This document shows positions 11,085-21,368 of a stretch of 64,000 bases of DNA, one piece after another. The notes under the pieces were generated by a model. That model saw only the letters and a program-made list of their open reading frames with translations. It was not told the DNA's origin and did not search any database. Location: contig CAISWQ010000047.1 of NCBI GenBank assembly GCA_903889245.1, forward strand, positions 51,546 to 115,545, in the 5' to 3' direction. How positions within the stretch are numbered: position 1 is the first letter of the stretch; the number at the start of each line of letters is the position of its first letter. Made by a program: the position numbers and the translations under genes. Source of the stretch: an uncultured Lentisphaerota bacterium. Its GTDB lineage: Bacteria; Verrucomicrobiota; Kiritimatiellia; CAIQIC01.

Positions 11085-12095
11085 ATGAAGGCGACGATGA
11101 ATCATGTGGAGCGGTTTAACGCGGTGATGAATTTCCAGCCGGTCGACCGGCTGCCGCGCTGGGAGTGGGCCATGTGGTGGGACGAGACCATCGCGCGCTG
11201 GCACGGCGAGGGCCTGCCGGCGTCATTCAAATTCAGCCAGGTTTTCGAGATCGCGCAGTACTTCGGCCTCGATCCCTATCAGCAGTTCTGGTTCAGCACC
11301 ACCGAGGCGACGATCGAGGCGACGCAGCACCACACCGAGGGCTCCGTCGCCACGATGGATGATTATCTCCGCCTCAAACCCCATCTGTTCCCGGACCACT
11401 CCGCGTCCATCGCCACGATGCAGCCGTGGGCGGCTCGGCAGGCGCGCGGCGACGCGGTCGTCTGGGCGACGCTCGAGGGGTTCTTCTGGTTCCCGCGCAC
11501 GCTGATGGACATTGAGAAGTTGAGCTACGCCTATTTCGATCAGCCGGAACTCGTCCACGCGATGAACACCGACCTGCTGGCGTTCAATCTGCGGTTGATC
11601 GAGCAGATGCTCAAGGTCTGCAAGCCCACGTTCATGACGCTGGCCGAGGACATGAGCTATAACCTCGGCCCGATGATCTCGCAGGCGACGTTCGATGAAT
11701 TCCTCGCGCCTTACTACCGCAAGCTGATGGCGGTGCTCGATGAGAACAACATCCGGCTGATCGTGGACACCGATGGCGATGTGACGCTGTTGGTGCCGTG
11801 GCTCGCGAGCGTCGGCGTCCACGGCGTGCTGCCGCTGGAACGGCAGGCCGGCGTGGATGGCCTCAAGCTGCGGCAGCAGTTCCCGGAGCTGCGGATGGTG
11901 GGCCACTTCAACAAGCTCGTAATGCACCGCGGCGAGGCCGCAATGCGCGCCGAGTTTGAGCGTATCGCGCCGCTGATGAAGGGCGGCGGCTTCATCCCGA
12001 GCGTGGATCACCAGACGCCGCCGGGCGTCAGTGTCGAGCAATACCGCCTCTTCCTGAAACTGCTGAACGAGTACACCACGGAGATTCATCCATGA
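11085..12095 (+). CDS. Uroporphyrinogen decarboxylase-family (UroD/MtaA-like) protein
   Basis: LAEDMSYNLGPMISQATFDEFLAPYY, VDTDGD, GGGFIPSVDHQTPP. Confidence 0.8.
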   Translation: MKATMNHVERFNAVMNFQPVDRLPRWEWAMWWDETIARWHGEGLPASFKFSQVFEIAQYFGLDPYQQFWFSTTEATIEATQHHTEGSVATMDDYLRLKPHLFPDHSASIATMQPWAARQARGDAVVWATLEGFFWFPRTLMDIEKLSYAYFDQPELVHAMNTDLLAFNLRLIEQMLKVCKPTFMTLAEDMSYNLGPMISQATFDEFLAPYYRKLMAVLDENNIRLIVDTDGDVTLLVPWLASVGVHGVLPLERQAGVDGLKLRQQFPELRMVGHFNKLVMHRGEAAMRAEFERIAPLMKGGGFIPSVDHQTPPGVSVEQYRLFLKLLNEYTTEIHP

Positions 12096-12937
12096 AAAAT
12101 ACCCTTGCCGTCCTGCTCGCCTCTGTCGCGCCACTCGTCTGCGCCGCCGCGAATCCATTCTTCGCGATGGACACGGGCACGCGCGACGCCACGCACAAGA
12201 CCCCAGCCGAACAGGTCGCGCTGGTCAAGGAACTCGGCTTCGCCGGCGTCGGCCCGATCTACCACGGGCCAGACGACCTGCAACAGTGGTACGCCGCGCT
12301 CGACCAGCGCGAGCTGAAGATGTTCGCGCTCTATCTCAACCTCAATCTCGACACCGGCGTGACGCCGGAGCTCAAGGCGGCCGTCGCCGCGCTCAAGGGC
12401 CACGACACGTTCGCGTGGGTGTTCATCACAACGAAGAAGTTCAAGCCCTCGGCGACCGATGGCGATGATGTCGCCATCGCGGCGCTGCGGGAATTGGCCG
12501 ATTGCGCCGCGGCCAGCGGCGTGAAGATCGCGCTCTACCCGCATACGAATCAATATGCGCAACGCGTCGAGGATTGCGTGCGGCTGATCGAGAAGGTGGG
12601 CCGCAAAAATCTTGGGGTGACTTTCAACCTCTGTCACTGGCTCAAGGTGGATGGCAAGGACTTGGCGGCGACACTCAAGTGCGCCGCGCCGCATCTGTTC
12701 TGCGTCACGGTCAGCGGCGCGGACTCCGACGGCACGGATTGGAAAAAGCTGATCCAGCCGCTGGACGCCGGCACCTATGATGTGCTGCCGTTGCTACGCA
12801 TCCTCAAGGAGCAAAAATATGCCGGGCCGGTCGGGCTGCAACATTTCGGCATCAAGGGCGAGGTCGCGGTGAATCTGAAGCACTCGATGGATGGCTGGAA
12901 GAAGCTGCAGGAGCGGCTCGCCGCGGAGAAAAACTGA
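12092..12937 (+). CDS. Exported sugar phosphate isomerase/epimerase (xylose-isomerase-like TIM barrel)
   Basis: Signal peptide; ALYPH, GVTFNLCHWLK, LDAGTYD, VGLQ motifs. Confidence 0.75.
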   Translation: MKNTLAVLLASVAPLVCAAANPFFAMDTGTRDATHKTPAEQVALVKELGFAGVGPIYHGPDDLQQWYAALDQRELKMFALYLNLNLDTGVTPELKAAVAALKGHDTFAWVFITTKKFKPSATDGDDVAIAALRELADCAAASGVKIALYPHTNQYAQRVEDCVRLIEKVGRKNLGVTFNLCHWLKVDGKDLAATLKCAAPHLFCVTVSGADSDGTDWKKLIQPLDAGTYDVLPLLRILKEQKYAGPVGLQHFGIKGEVAVNLKHSMDGWKKLQERLAAEKN

Positions 12938-12940
12938 ATC

Positions 12941-14227
12941 ATGGATGCTAGCTCCTTCTCTCGTCGTTCCTTCCTCAAGCGCGCCGGTGTATTGGCCGCG
13001 CCGCTGATCGTGCCGGCGAGCGTCTTTGGCGGCTGGCGCGCTGCGCCCAACAATCGCGTGACCATCGGCATGATCGGCGTTGGCGATCACGGTGTCGCGC
13101 GCAACCTCAACGGATTTCTCGCGCAGCCCGATGCGCAGGTCGTCGCCGTCTGCGACGTGGATGCCGGCCGCATGCGCCAGGCGCAGGAGCTGACGAACAA
13201 GCGCTATGGCAACAAGGATTGCGCCGCCTACCGCGACTTCCGCGACATCCTCGCGCGGCCGGATATCGATGCCGTCATGATCTCGACGCCCGACCACTGG
13301 CACGTGCCGATCTCGCTGATGGCGATGCGTGCCGGCAAAGATGTGCAATGCGAGAAGCCGACGCTGACGATCCAGGAGGGCCGCATCCAGTGCGACGTGG
13401 CGCGGCAGACGGGCGCGATCTTCCAGACCTCGACGGAGGACCGCTCGCTCATCGTCTATCACCGCATGGCGGAGCTGGTGCGCAACGGGCGCATCGGCAA
13501 GCTGCACACGATCCGCGTCGGCCTGCCCGCCGGTCAGCATCCGGTTTTCCCGGTGGCGGCGGAGCCCGTACCGCCGGATTTCGATTACGAAATGTGGCTC
13601 GGCCCGGCGCCGCTCGCGCCCTACTGCGCGGCGCGCTGCCATTATCATTTCCGCTGGATTTCCGACTATTCCGGCGGCGCGCTCTCGGATTGGGGCATGC
13701 ACCTGTTCGACACCGCGCAGTGGGCCAACGACACCGAGCGTACCGGTCCCATCACCGTCGAGGGCCGCGGTGAATATCCGGCCGAGGGCCTCTACAACAC
13801 CGCTTACGCCTTTGCCTTGGAGTACACCTACGCCAACGGCGTGAAGATGCTGGCCGATGGCCAGGGCGTGGGCCTGCGGTTCGAGGGCTCCGAGGGCTGG
13901 GTCGGTAACACCGGCTGGATCGGCAAGGTGGAGGCCAGCTCGCCGGAGATTCTGAGGAGCGTCATCGGACCGGACGAAATCCAGCTCGCGACCTGCTTCG
14001 GCGGCGAACACCGCAACTTCCTCGACTGCGTCAAGAGCCGCCGCCCGTGCTATTTCCCGCCGGAGATCGGCCACCGCTGCGCCTCGATCTGCCACATCGG
14101 CAACATCGCGATGCAGCTCGGCCGCAAGCTGCGCTGGGATCCGGCCAAGGAAGAATTCCCCGGCGACGATGCCGCCAACCGCCTGCGCTCGCGCGCCATG
14201 CGCGCGCCGTGGAAACTGGATGCTTGA
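12941..14227 (+). CDS. Tat-exported Gfo/Idh/MocA oxidoreductase
   Basis: SRRSFLK Tat motif; IGMIGVG, DIDAVMISTPDHWH, CEKP, DWGMHLFD. Confidence 0.9.
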   Translation: MDASSFSRRSFLKRAGVLAAPLIVPASVFGGWRAAPNNRVTIGMIGVGDHGVARNLNGFLAQPDAQVVAVCDVDAGRMRQAQELTNKRYGNKDCAAYRDFRDILARPDIDAVMISTPDHWHVPISLMAMRAGKDVQCEKPTLTIQEGRIQCDVARQTGAIFQTSTEDRSLIVYHRMAELVRNGRIGKLHTIRVGLPAGQHPVFPVAAEPVPPDFDYEMWLGPAPLAPYCAARCHYHFRWISDYSGGALSDWGMHLFDTAQWANDTERTGPITVEGRGEYPAEGLYNTAYAFALEYTYANGVKMLADGQGVGLRFEGSEGWVGNTGWIGKVEASSPEILRSVIGPDEIQLATCFGGEHRNFLDCVKSRRPCYFPPEIGHRCASICHIGNIAMQLGRKLRWDPAKEEFPGDDAANRLRSRAMRAPWKLDA

Positions 14228-14239
14228 AGGAGTGACCCC

Positions 14240-15406
14240 ATGAAAAAAGAAACCATGACCTCCCGCGAACGTGTGCTCAAGGCGCTCAACCACGAGCAGC
14301 CCGACCGCGTACCGATCGACCTCGGCGGTAACCAGACCGGCATCCACAAGAATGCCTACCGCAACCTGGTCAAGCATCTCGGCCTGGCCGAGGAACTGCA
14401 GATCATGGACGCCGTCCAGCAACTCGCGAAGCCGTCGGAGAAAGTTCTCCAGCGCTTCCACGTAGACACGCGCTACATCGCGGCCGGCGCGGCCTCCACC
14501 TGGAAGGGCGGCATCGTGCAGGCGACGCGCGACGGCCGGCTGTGGCACGACCTCACCGACGAATTCGGCGTGCGCTGGTCGATGCCCGACAGCCATCCGC
14601 TCTACATGGACATCACGCACCACCCGCTCGCGAATGCGACGCTCAAGGACATCGCCGGCTATCCGTGGCCCAAGGGCGATGACCCCGGCCGCTTCGCCGG
14701 CCTGCGCGACCGCGCGCTGCAGTTGCGCAAGGAGACGCCCTACGCCGTCATCAGCGGCATCTCCGGCGTCGTCTACGAAATCTGCTGGTACATGCGCGGA
14801 CTTGAGCAGTGGTTCTGCGACCTGATGACCGAGCCGGAATTCTGCGAGGCCGTCATCGACCAGACGGCGAAGTTCTGGATGGACTGGTTCCGCGCGTTCC
14901 TCGACGAGGTCGGCGATGTCGTGGATGTCATCATGATCGGCGACGACCTCGCCGGACAGGACGGCCCGCTGTTCAATCCAGAGGTTTATCGCCGCATCGT
15001 CAAGCCGCGGCACAAGCGGCTCGTCCAGTACATCCGGTCGCGGACCAAGGCGAAGATCTGGTACCACACCTGCGGCAACTGCAACGAGTACATCCCCGAG
15101 CTGATGGACAACGGCATCCATATTCTCAACCCCGTGCAGACTAGCGCGCGCAATATGGACCCGGCGACGCTCAAGCAGAAGTTCGGCGCGAACCTCGTCT
15201 TCTGGGGTGGCGGCTGCGACTCGCAGCATGTGCTGCCCACCGGCACGCCCGAGCAGGTCGCCGCCGACGTCCGCCGCCACATGGCCGCGCTCAAGCCCGG
15301 CGGCGGCTACATCTTCAACAACATCCACAACATCCAGGGCGAAGTTCCGCCGCAGAACATCATCGCCATGTACGACACCGCCTACGAGTGCGGCTTCTAC
15401 ACCTGA
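14240..15406 (+). CDS. Uroporphyrinogen decarboxylase-family (MtaA/CmuA-like) protein
   Basis: [57 protein letters not shown]. Confidence 0.85.
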   Translation: MKKETMTSRERVLKALNHEQPDRVPIDLGGNQTGIHKNAYRNLVKHLGLAEELQIMDAVQQLAKPSEKVLQRFHVDTRYIAAGAASTWKGGIVQATRDGRLWHDLTDEFGVRWSMPDSHPLYMDITHHPLANATLKDIAGYPWPKGDDPGRFAGLRDRALQLRKETPYAVISGISGVVYEICWYMRGLEQWFCDLMTEPEFCEAVIDQTAKFWMDWFRAFLDEVGDVVDVIMIGDDLAGQDGPLFNPEVYRRIVKPRHKRLVQYIRSRTKAKIWYHTCGNCNEYIPELMDNGIHILNPVQTSARNMDPATLKQKFGANLVFWGGGCDSQHVLPTGTPEQVAADVRRHMAALKPGGGYIFNNIHNIQGEVPPQNIIAMYDTAYECGFYT

Positions 15407-15417
15407 AAGGAACAGCC

Positions 15418-15732
15418 ATGATCCGCAAAGCGTTTGTCATGACCGTCAACGCCGGCAGCGAGCCCGAGTACGAGCGCCGGCACAATCCCATCTGGCCGGA
15501 GCTGGAGGCCACGCTCAAGCAGCACGGCGTCCACAACTACTCCATCTTCCTGCTGCCCGAAACGCGCCAGCTCTTCGGCTACGTCGAGATCGAGGATGAG
15601 GCGCGCTGGGCCGCCATCGCCAAGACCGCGTCCTGCCAGAAATGGTGGGCCCACATGCGCGACGTCATGACCTATAACCCCGACGGCACGCCGCACGCCG
15701 ACGCGCTCCGCGAAGTTTTCCACCTGGCTTGA
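15418..15732 (+). CDS. rhaM: L-rhamnose mutarotase
   Basis: [37 protein letters not shown]. Confidence 0.88.
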   Translation: MIRKAFVMTVNAGSEPEYERRHNPIWPELEATLKQHGVHNYSIFLLPETRQLFGYVEIEDEARWAAIAKTASCQKWWAHMRDVMTYNPDGTPHADALREVFHLA

Positions 15733-15844
15733 TTTCAGGGCTTGGAAGGGGGAGGGGGCTCATTGTCCAAGCATTGGAAGACCTCATCCGCAGATGATCC
15801 AAGGCTTGGAACGAGCGGTTAAATTTTTTCCAAGTCTCGGAAAA
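15733..15844. repeat. Array of 4 degenerate palindrome copies
   Basis: Right half-sites at 15742, 15774, 15806 and 15837 (period 32, 32, 31). Confidence 0.8.
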
Positions 15845-15915
15845 CACGACCGGGTTGCGAAAATGTTTTTGTTTCATATATTCCCTCAACCAGAGGGCGA
15901 GACGGGAGCGGGGGC

Positions 15916-17463
15916 ATGAGAAGCAGTTATGACGTCTGTGTGATTGGCGGCGGGCCGTCGGGTTATGCGGCGGCGATGCGTGCCGCGGATTTTGGCAAGT
16001 CGGTGCTGCTGGTGGAGCGCCGGAGGCTCGGTGGCACGGGCATCTTCGATGGCGCGTTGTCATCGAAGACGATGTGGGAGCTTTCCAACAAGGTCAAAAC
16101 CATCCGCGAGGAACTGGGCGTCAGTGCCGCCAGCGAGATGCCCTTCTCCCAGGTGCGCTCGGCCATCGCCGCCGCGATTGAGGAAAACACGACACTGATG
16201 CAGCGGCAACTGCGGTTGATCCAGGAGCAGTCGCAGCAGATGGATTTCGTCCAGGGTGTGGCCAGTTTCATTTCGCCGACGCAGCTCAAGCTGACGCTGC
16301 CGGAGGGCAGCACCCAGACGGTTGCCGCGGCGCATACGATCATCGCGGCGGGCAGCCGGCCGCGGCTGCTCCCGGAGATCAAGGTGGATGAGAAGGTCGT
16401 CGTCACCAGTAATGGCATTCTGCATTTCGATCAGTTCCCCAAAAGCATCGTGATCGTCGGCGGCGGCATCATCGGCTGTGAATTCGCGAGCATGTTCGCG
16501 AACTTCGGTCAGACGCGCGTGTTCATGATCGAGCGTGAGAGCCGGCTGCTGCCTTTCGAGGATGAGGATGTCTCGCGCGTTGTCACGCAGAACCTGGTGC
16601 AGAATGGCGTGACGGTCCACGAGCGGGCGCGATTGCTGCGGCTGGAGCAGCGCGCCGGCGGCGTGGAATATGAGATTGCCGATCGTCAGGGTGATCGCCA
16701 GGTGTTTTTTGTGGAAAAAGCGCTGGTTTCCGTGGGCCGTGTGCCGAACATCGAAGACCTGCAACTGGCCCATGCCAATGTGCGCACCAACGAGCGCGGC
16801 ATTGAGATCCCCGACAACGACACGCAGACCAACGTGTCCAACATCCATGCCGTGGGCGACATCTCCGGTCACGTCGCGCTGGTCAGCGTGGGCGAGCGCG
16901 AGGCGCGGCACGCGGTGGTCAGCTTGTTTGCCAATTTCAAAGCGGCGCCGATCCGCTACAAGATCATGTCCTCGATCATGTTTCTGGCCCCGGAGGTGGC
17001 GCTGGTCGGCGCGAACGAGCAGACGCTGCGGCAGCAAAACATCCCCTACCGCGTGGCGAAGGTGGACTTCTCGGTGCTCTCGCGCGCCATCGCGATGCGC
17101 AAGACACGTGGTTTCTTCAAGCTGCTCGTCAGCGACGATGACGAGATGAAGGTGCTCGGCATGCGCGCGGTGGGAGAACACGCCTCGAGTGCGATACAGG
17201 TGGTGGCCTTGGTGATTTATCTTGGCAAGGGTATTGCGGAGCTGGCGGACATGGTCTTTCCCTATCCCTCGATTGTGGAAGGCATCCAGACCTGCACGCG
17301 CCTGCTGATGGGCAAGGCCATTCTCAAGCCGGATATCCTGCCTGACAAGGTGCAGTGCTATCGTTATGCGAACGGCCAGCAGATCCCCATTCACAACCAA
17401 GCCGCCCGCCAGCCACCGCGGGCCGCGGTGCCGCTAAAAAATCTTCCCCGCAAAAAGAAATAG
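15916..17463 (+). CDS. Pyridine nucleotide-disulfide oxidoreductase family flavoprotein lacking the redox disulfide (soluble transhydrogenase SthA-like)
   Basis: GGGPSG FAD motif, GGGIIG NAD motif, AVGD; GGTGIFDGALSSK in place of CxxxxC; YPSIVE in place of HPTxxE. Confidence 0.7.
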   Translation: MRSSYDVCVIGGGPSGYAAAMRAADFGKSVLLVERRRLGGTGIFDGALSSKTMWELSNKVKTIREELGVSAASEMPFSQVRSAIAAAIEENTTLMQRQLRLIQEQSQQMDFVQGVASFISPTQLKLTLPEGSTQTVAAAHTIIAAGSRPRLLPEIKVDEKVVVTSNGILHFDQFPKSIVIVGGGIIGCEFASMFANFGQTRVFMIERESRLLPFEDEDVSRVVTQNLVQNGVTVHERARLLRLEQRAGGVEYEIADRQGDRQVFFVEKALVSVGRVPNIEDLQLAHANVRTNERGIEIPDNDTQTNVSNIHAVGDISGHVALVSVGEREARHAVVSLFANFKAAPIRYKIMSSIMFLAPEVALVGANEQTLRQQNIPYRVAKVDFSVLSRAIAMRKTRGFFKLLVSDDDEMKVLGMRAVGEHASSAIQVVALVIYLGKGIAELADMVFPYPSIVEGIQTCTRLLMGKAILKPDILPDKVQCYRYANGQQIPIHNQAARQPPRAAVPLKNLPRKKK

Positions 17464-17479
17464 GCTATAGTCCCGCCCC

Positions 17480-19480
17480 ATGTTTTCGCCGTTCCGCTGG
17501 TCCTTGGGCTTGGTGTTGATGGTGGTGGCCGGTGGTGGCGCCGCCCGCGCGATGAATTATTCCGTCCCCTATGCCCGCGAGGGCCTGCCCTTTATGTTGG
17601 ACACGTGGGGCTTTGGCTCCACCATCGGCGTGATCGAAGTGAACAACGGCGACAATGCCATCCTGACCTATTCCAACGCCCCGGAACGGGGCTTGCAGAG
17701 CTTCTACTCGGTACAGGACTTTTCCGGTTATGCGCCGGTAACGAACGACAGCGCCCACGGGACTCTCGTGGCGCATATCCTCGACAATCTGTTCACCTAT
17801 AACAACCAGACGAACATCCCTTATGCCTCGCTAAATCTGGCCACGGATTACATCTCCACCTGGAGCCTTGGGATGGCGCCCCGGGCCAACTACTATGGCG
17901 CGTTATTCGGTGGCACCAACACCAAGGCGGAATTTCTCTCCCTCCACTCCTCGCTGGCTTATCTCATCAACTCCAACCAGGTACAGGCGATCAACAACAG
18001 CTGGGGCGGGAGCGTGACCAACGCCATGAACCTCAACGGGCAGGACGATTATGCCCTGTTGATGGATGAGTACACGGGTTATTTCGGGAAAACCAATGGC
18101 ACCACCGGCGCCTATCGCGATGTCTTGATGGTAATGGCGGCGGGTAATTCCAGTAACCTGCTCGGCGTACCGGCCGATGCTTTCAATGTGTTGAGCGTGG
18201 GTGCGCTGGATGTCGGTAATCACACCACGACCTACATTGATGACCCCTCTCGCCAGCCGCTTCCGGTGGTCGCCCCGTTCAGTTCCAAGTTGCCGCTGGC
18301 GGATGGCCGCTGCGGAGTCCATGTGGTGGCGCCGGGCTCGTGGATCGCCATCATCGAGAATTTCACCGTCGGGACGGATACCAACGGTGCGCTCGAACTC
18401 AAGCAATTGGAGGGCGTGTTGGGGGATGGCACGAGCTTTGCCGCGCCCCACGTCACCGGCGAGGCTGCCATGCTCTATGGCGCCCCGAACCATCCGCTGG
18501 ATAATACCGAGGGCCTGATCAGCGTCAGTCCCGGCACCCTGAAGGGTTCGGCTTGGAATACCGATCACAAGCTGATCAAGGCGCTGATCATCAACAGTGC
18601 CGACAAGATCGTTGGGATGGACTCCAACGGCGTGGCGCAGACCGCCTGGCAACCGGGTCTGATTACCGTGGACCTGGACAGCGTCACCAACTCCTTGCAC
18701 CCGCTCAACTATGCCGTCGGGGCAGGGGAGGCGAACGCGCAGGAGGCCTATTTCAGCTATTACGAAGTCAGCAATCGTTTTTGGGATGTGAACACGCTCG
18801 CCGCCGCCGGGCAGACCAACTACTACGTCTACGGTCAGGGCAAGTTCACCAACGTCAACCCCTATCAACCCGGCCTGCGCCTGACGGCTACCCTGGTCTG
18901 GGACCGTCATGTGGACTATGTGGTGGATACGGACACCAATAACGGCGTGCTGGGCGCGCTGCTCGACACGAACCTGCTAAGCAACCTCGACCTCATCCTG
19001 CAGCAGGAAACCACGCCCGGCCTGTGGGTGGACCTCTATCGCTCCATCAGTACGGTGGACAATATCGAGCACATCTTCTTGAGCGAGTTGGTGGCGACCA
19101 ATAACTACCGCCTCGATGTCATCGCCAACAGCCTGGTGGATTCCATCGGCGGCGAGCAGTACGCCTTGGTGGTCAGCTTCCTGCCGGTGCCGGAGCCCTC
19201 AACCATCGCGCTGACCGGCGCCTTTGCGCTCGCCGCGCTCGCACGCCGCCGCTGGCTGCGCCGGCAGGGCGGCGGGCCGGTGATTCCGGTCAGCCCCGCG
19301 AGGCGTGCGCGCCCGGTGACGCGGGTGGTGGATGCGTGGCGACAGCCCGAAGACTACGCCTTGCCGGCGCCTCACAAGAAACGACCGGTGGCTGCGCGGG
19401 TGTTGGAGACGGCGCGCGATGTCAATACCGCCGCACCGCGTCCGCCTGCCACCTGGCGGTCCGGTCGCCGTCGTGAGTAG
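17480..19480 (+). CDS. S8 (subtilisin-like) peptidase with PEP-CTERM sorting signal and long basic tail
   Basis: Signal peptide; HGTLVA, AAGN, GTSFAAPHVTG; VPEPSTIALTGAFALAALARRR. Confidence 0.85.
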   Translation: MFSPFRWSLGLVLMVVAGGGAARAMNYSVPYAREGLPFMLDTWGFGSTIGVIEVNNGDNAILTYSNAPERGLQSFYSVQDFSGYAPVTNDSAHGTLVAHILDNLFTYNNQTNIPYASLNLATDYISTWSLGMAPRANYYGALFGGTNTKAEFLSLHSSLAYLINSNQVQAINNSWGGSVTNAMNLNGQDDYALLMDEYTGYFGKTNGTTGAYRDVLMVMAAGNSSNLLGVPADAFNVLSVGALDVGNHTTTYIDDPSRQPLPVVAPFSSKLPLADGRCGVHVVAPGSWIAIIENFTVGTDTNGALELKQLEGVLGDGTSFAAPHVTGEAAMLYGAPNHPLDNTEGLISVSPGTLKGSAWNTDHKLIKALIINSADKIVGMDSNGVAQTAWQPGLITVDLDSVTNSLHPLNYAVGAGEANAQEAYFSYYEVSNRFWDVNTLAAAGQTNYYVYGQGKFTNVNPYQPGLRLTATLVWDRHVDYVVDTDTNNGVLGALLDTNLLSNLDLILQQETTPGLWVDLYRSISTVDNIEHIFLSELVATNNYRLDVIANSLVDSIGGEQYALVVSFLPVPEPSTIALTGAFALAALARRRWLRRQGGGPVIPVSPARRARPVTRVVDAWRQPEDYALPAPHKKRPVAARVLETARDVNTAAPRPPATWRSGRRRE

Positions 19481-19543
19481 TGGAGGCGCTGGCCATGGGC
19501 TGGCGGAACCCGGTCAGGCGCTGCGCAACACGGACTTCCAGTT

Positions 19544-19561
19544 TCTTGAGGCACCTCAAGA
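19544..19561. promoter_or_regulatory. Perfect palindrome resembling a Crp/Fnr-family operator
   Basis: TCTTGAG-GCAC-CTCAAGA, 65 bp upstream of the ferredoxin gene; resembles TTGAT-N4-ATCAA. Confidence 0.45.
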
Positions 19562-19626
19562 TTTCCCAGGGCTGCGGAGGTACATTCAGCGCGGAAATCA
19601 TGGGCCTGCGGGCCGGCGGAGAAAAT

Positions 19627-20010
19627 ATGAAACGTAAAATCATCATCATTGACGAGACCAAATGCAACGGCTGCGGCGAGTGCATTGTGGCCTGCTCCGA
19701 GAATGCCATCCAGATCATTGAGGGCAAGGCGCGGCTCATCAAGGCGCAATATTGCGACGGCTTGGGCGATTGCCTCGGCGAATGCCCGACCGGCGCGATC
19801 ACCATCGAGGAGCGCGAGGTCGCGCGTTACGACGCCGCTGCCACCCGCGCGCACGTGGCCCAGACCGGCGGCGCTGCTGCGGTGAAGCGTTTCGACGAAA
19901 CGGCGCTCCGCCACAATCATGTTGCGGAGGCCTGCCCCGGCAGCCAGATGCAAAGCCTGCGTCCCCGCCCGCCGGCTGTCCCGTCAACTTCAACAGAGGT
20001 GATCCCATGA
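19627..20010 (+). CDS. 2x[4Fe-4S] ferredoxin-like protein
   Basis: CNGCGECIVAC and CDGLGDCLGECP motifs. Confidence 0.85.
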   Translation: MKRKIIIIDETKCNGCGECIVACSENAIQIIEGKARLIKAQYCDGLGDCLGECPTGAITIEEREVARYDAAATRAHVAQTGGAAAVKRFDETALRHNHVAEACPGSQMQSLRPRPPAVPSTSTEVIP

Positions 20011-20363
20011 CAGACCAACCCAAAAAATCCGAGCGCAAAGGCGTTGTCGCGCCCATCGCCACCGCCATCCCGCTCGCCGGCCACGTCAACTACGGCGACG
20101 ACGCCGTCGTCAGCCGGACGCTGATTGATAAAAACGCCGGCACGCTCACGCTCTTCGCCTTCGACAAAGGCCAGGGTTTGAGCGAGCACACCGCGCCATT
20201 CGATGCCACCGTGCAGGTACTCGAAGGCGAGGGCGAATTCATCATCGGCGGACAGTCCGTACTCGCCAAACCCGGCGAACTCGTCATCATGCCCGCCGGT
20301 ATTCCGCACAGTGTTCGCGCCAACCAGCGCTTCAAGATGTTGCTGATCATGATCCGGCAATAA
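20007..20363 (+). CDS. Cupin-2 domain protein
   Basis: LFAFDKGQGLSEHTAPFDA, IMPAGIPHSV; start overlaps the ferredoxin stop. Confidence 0.85.
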   Translation: MTDQPKKSERKGVVAPIATAIPLAGHVNYGDDAVVSRTLIDKNAGTLTLFAFDKGQGLSEHTAPFDATVQVLEGEGEFIIGGQSVLAKPGELVIMPAGIPHSVRANQRFKMLLIMIRQ

Positions 20364-20416
20364 GGCTGTGGGACCAGGTGGTCGCCAGCCATGCCCCTGC
20401 GCGGGAAGCGCCCGCC

Positions 20417-21331
20417 TTACTTTGTCTGGAGTTGGCCCTTGCCGGTTTCCACCACGGCGGTCGTGCCATCCTTGGCGACCGACTTGATGGTGAAGGCATA
20501 GCCGCCATCGGGCTTGAGCGTGAAGATGCCGATATGTTGCGTGCCGCCGTGGAAGCAGGCCGAGCCCGGGCCTGTGGCGTCATCCTTCTGATCCTTGGTC
20601 GGCGTCGCGCCGCCGGGGCCGATGACAAATTCTGTCACGCCCTGCGCGGTGTCGGCCGGCTGGCCCTCGGCAGTGAGCGCGGGAAAGCGCTCATAGACGT
20701 GGTTGTGCCCGCAGAACACCAATGCCGGGCCGTGTGCCTCCAGCGCCTGCCAGAGCGGCTTCATCTTCGGGTCGCCACAGTGCTTGGCGCGCGAGAAGAA
20801 CGGATAGTGCCAGTAGGCGATCACCGGTTTCTTCTTGTGCGCGGCGAGATCGCTCTTGAGCCACGCGAGTTGCTTGTTGCCGTTCTTTGCGTCGTGGAAG
20901 TTCACGCTATCGAGGCTGACGATGTGCCAGCCGCCGAGGTCGAAGCTGTAGTACATCTCCGGCGCGTGCGCGCGCTCGCCCCAGTAGGTTTGGTAGGCGC
21001 TGAACGCCGGCTTGGAGTAGCCATCGTGATTGCCGGGGCAGGGGAAGATCAGCTTCAGGAAGCGGTCATAGGTTCCGCCGAGGACTTCCTTGTATTTTTC
21101 CAGCGGCGTGGTCTTGCCGTTGCAGGTATCGCCGACGAGGAGCACGGCGTCGAGCGGCTGCTGCGCGAGGATGGCATCGGAGACGACCTTGGCGTCGGGC
21201 GTGTAGATGTCGCCGGTAACGGCGATGGTGACACCCTCGGCCGCGACGAGCCGCAGCGAGAGCGCCAACGAGGCGAGCACCAGCAGCGCCGCGCGCCGCG
21301 TCATTTGAAACGGAGACAGAGATGTTTTCAT
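20417..21331 (-). CDS. Exported calcineurin-like metallophosphoesterase
   Basis: TGD, LVGD, PGNHD, HYPFFS, FCGHNHVYER; start at 21331 or 21304. Confidence 0.85.
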   Translation of the reverse strand: MKTSLSPFQMTRRAALLVLASLALSLRLVAAEGVTIAVTGDIYTPDAKVVSDAILAQQPLDAVLLVGDTCNGKTTPLEKYKEVLGGTYDRFLKLIFPCPGNHDGYSKPAFSAYQTYWGERAHAPEMYYSFDLGGWHIVSLDSVNFHDAKNGNKQLAWLKSDLAAHKKKPVIAYWHYPFFSRAKHCGDPKMKPLWQALEAHGPALVFCGHNHVYERFPALTAEGQPADTAQGVTEFVIGPGGATPTKDQKDDATGPGSACFHGGTQHIGIFTLKPDGGYAFTIKSVAKDGTTAVVETGKGQLQTK

Positions 21332-21368
21332 GCGCGGCATTGTCCCGCTGCCCCGCTGTCCGTCAAGC

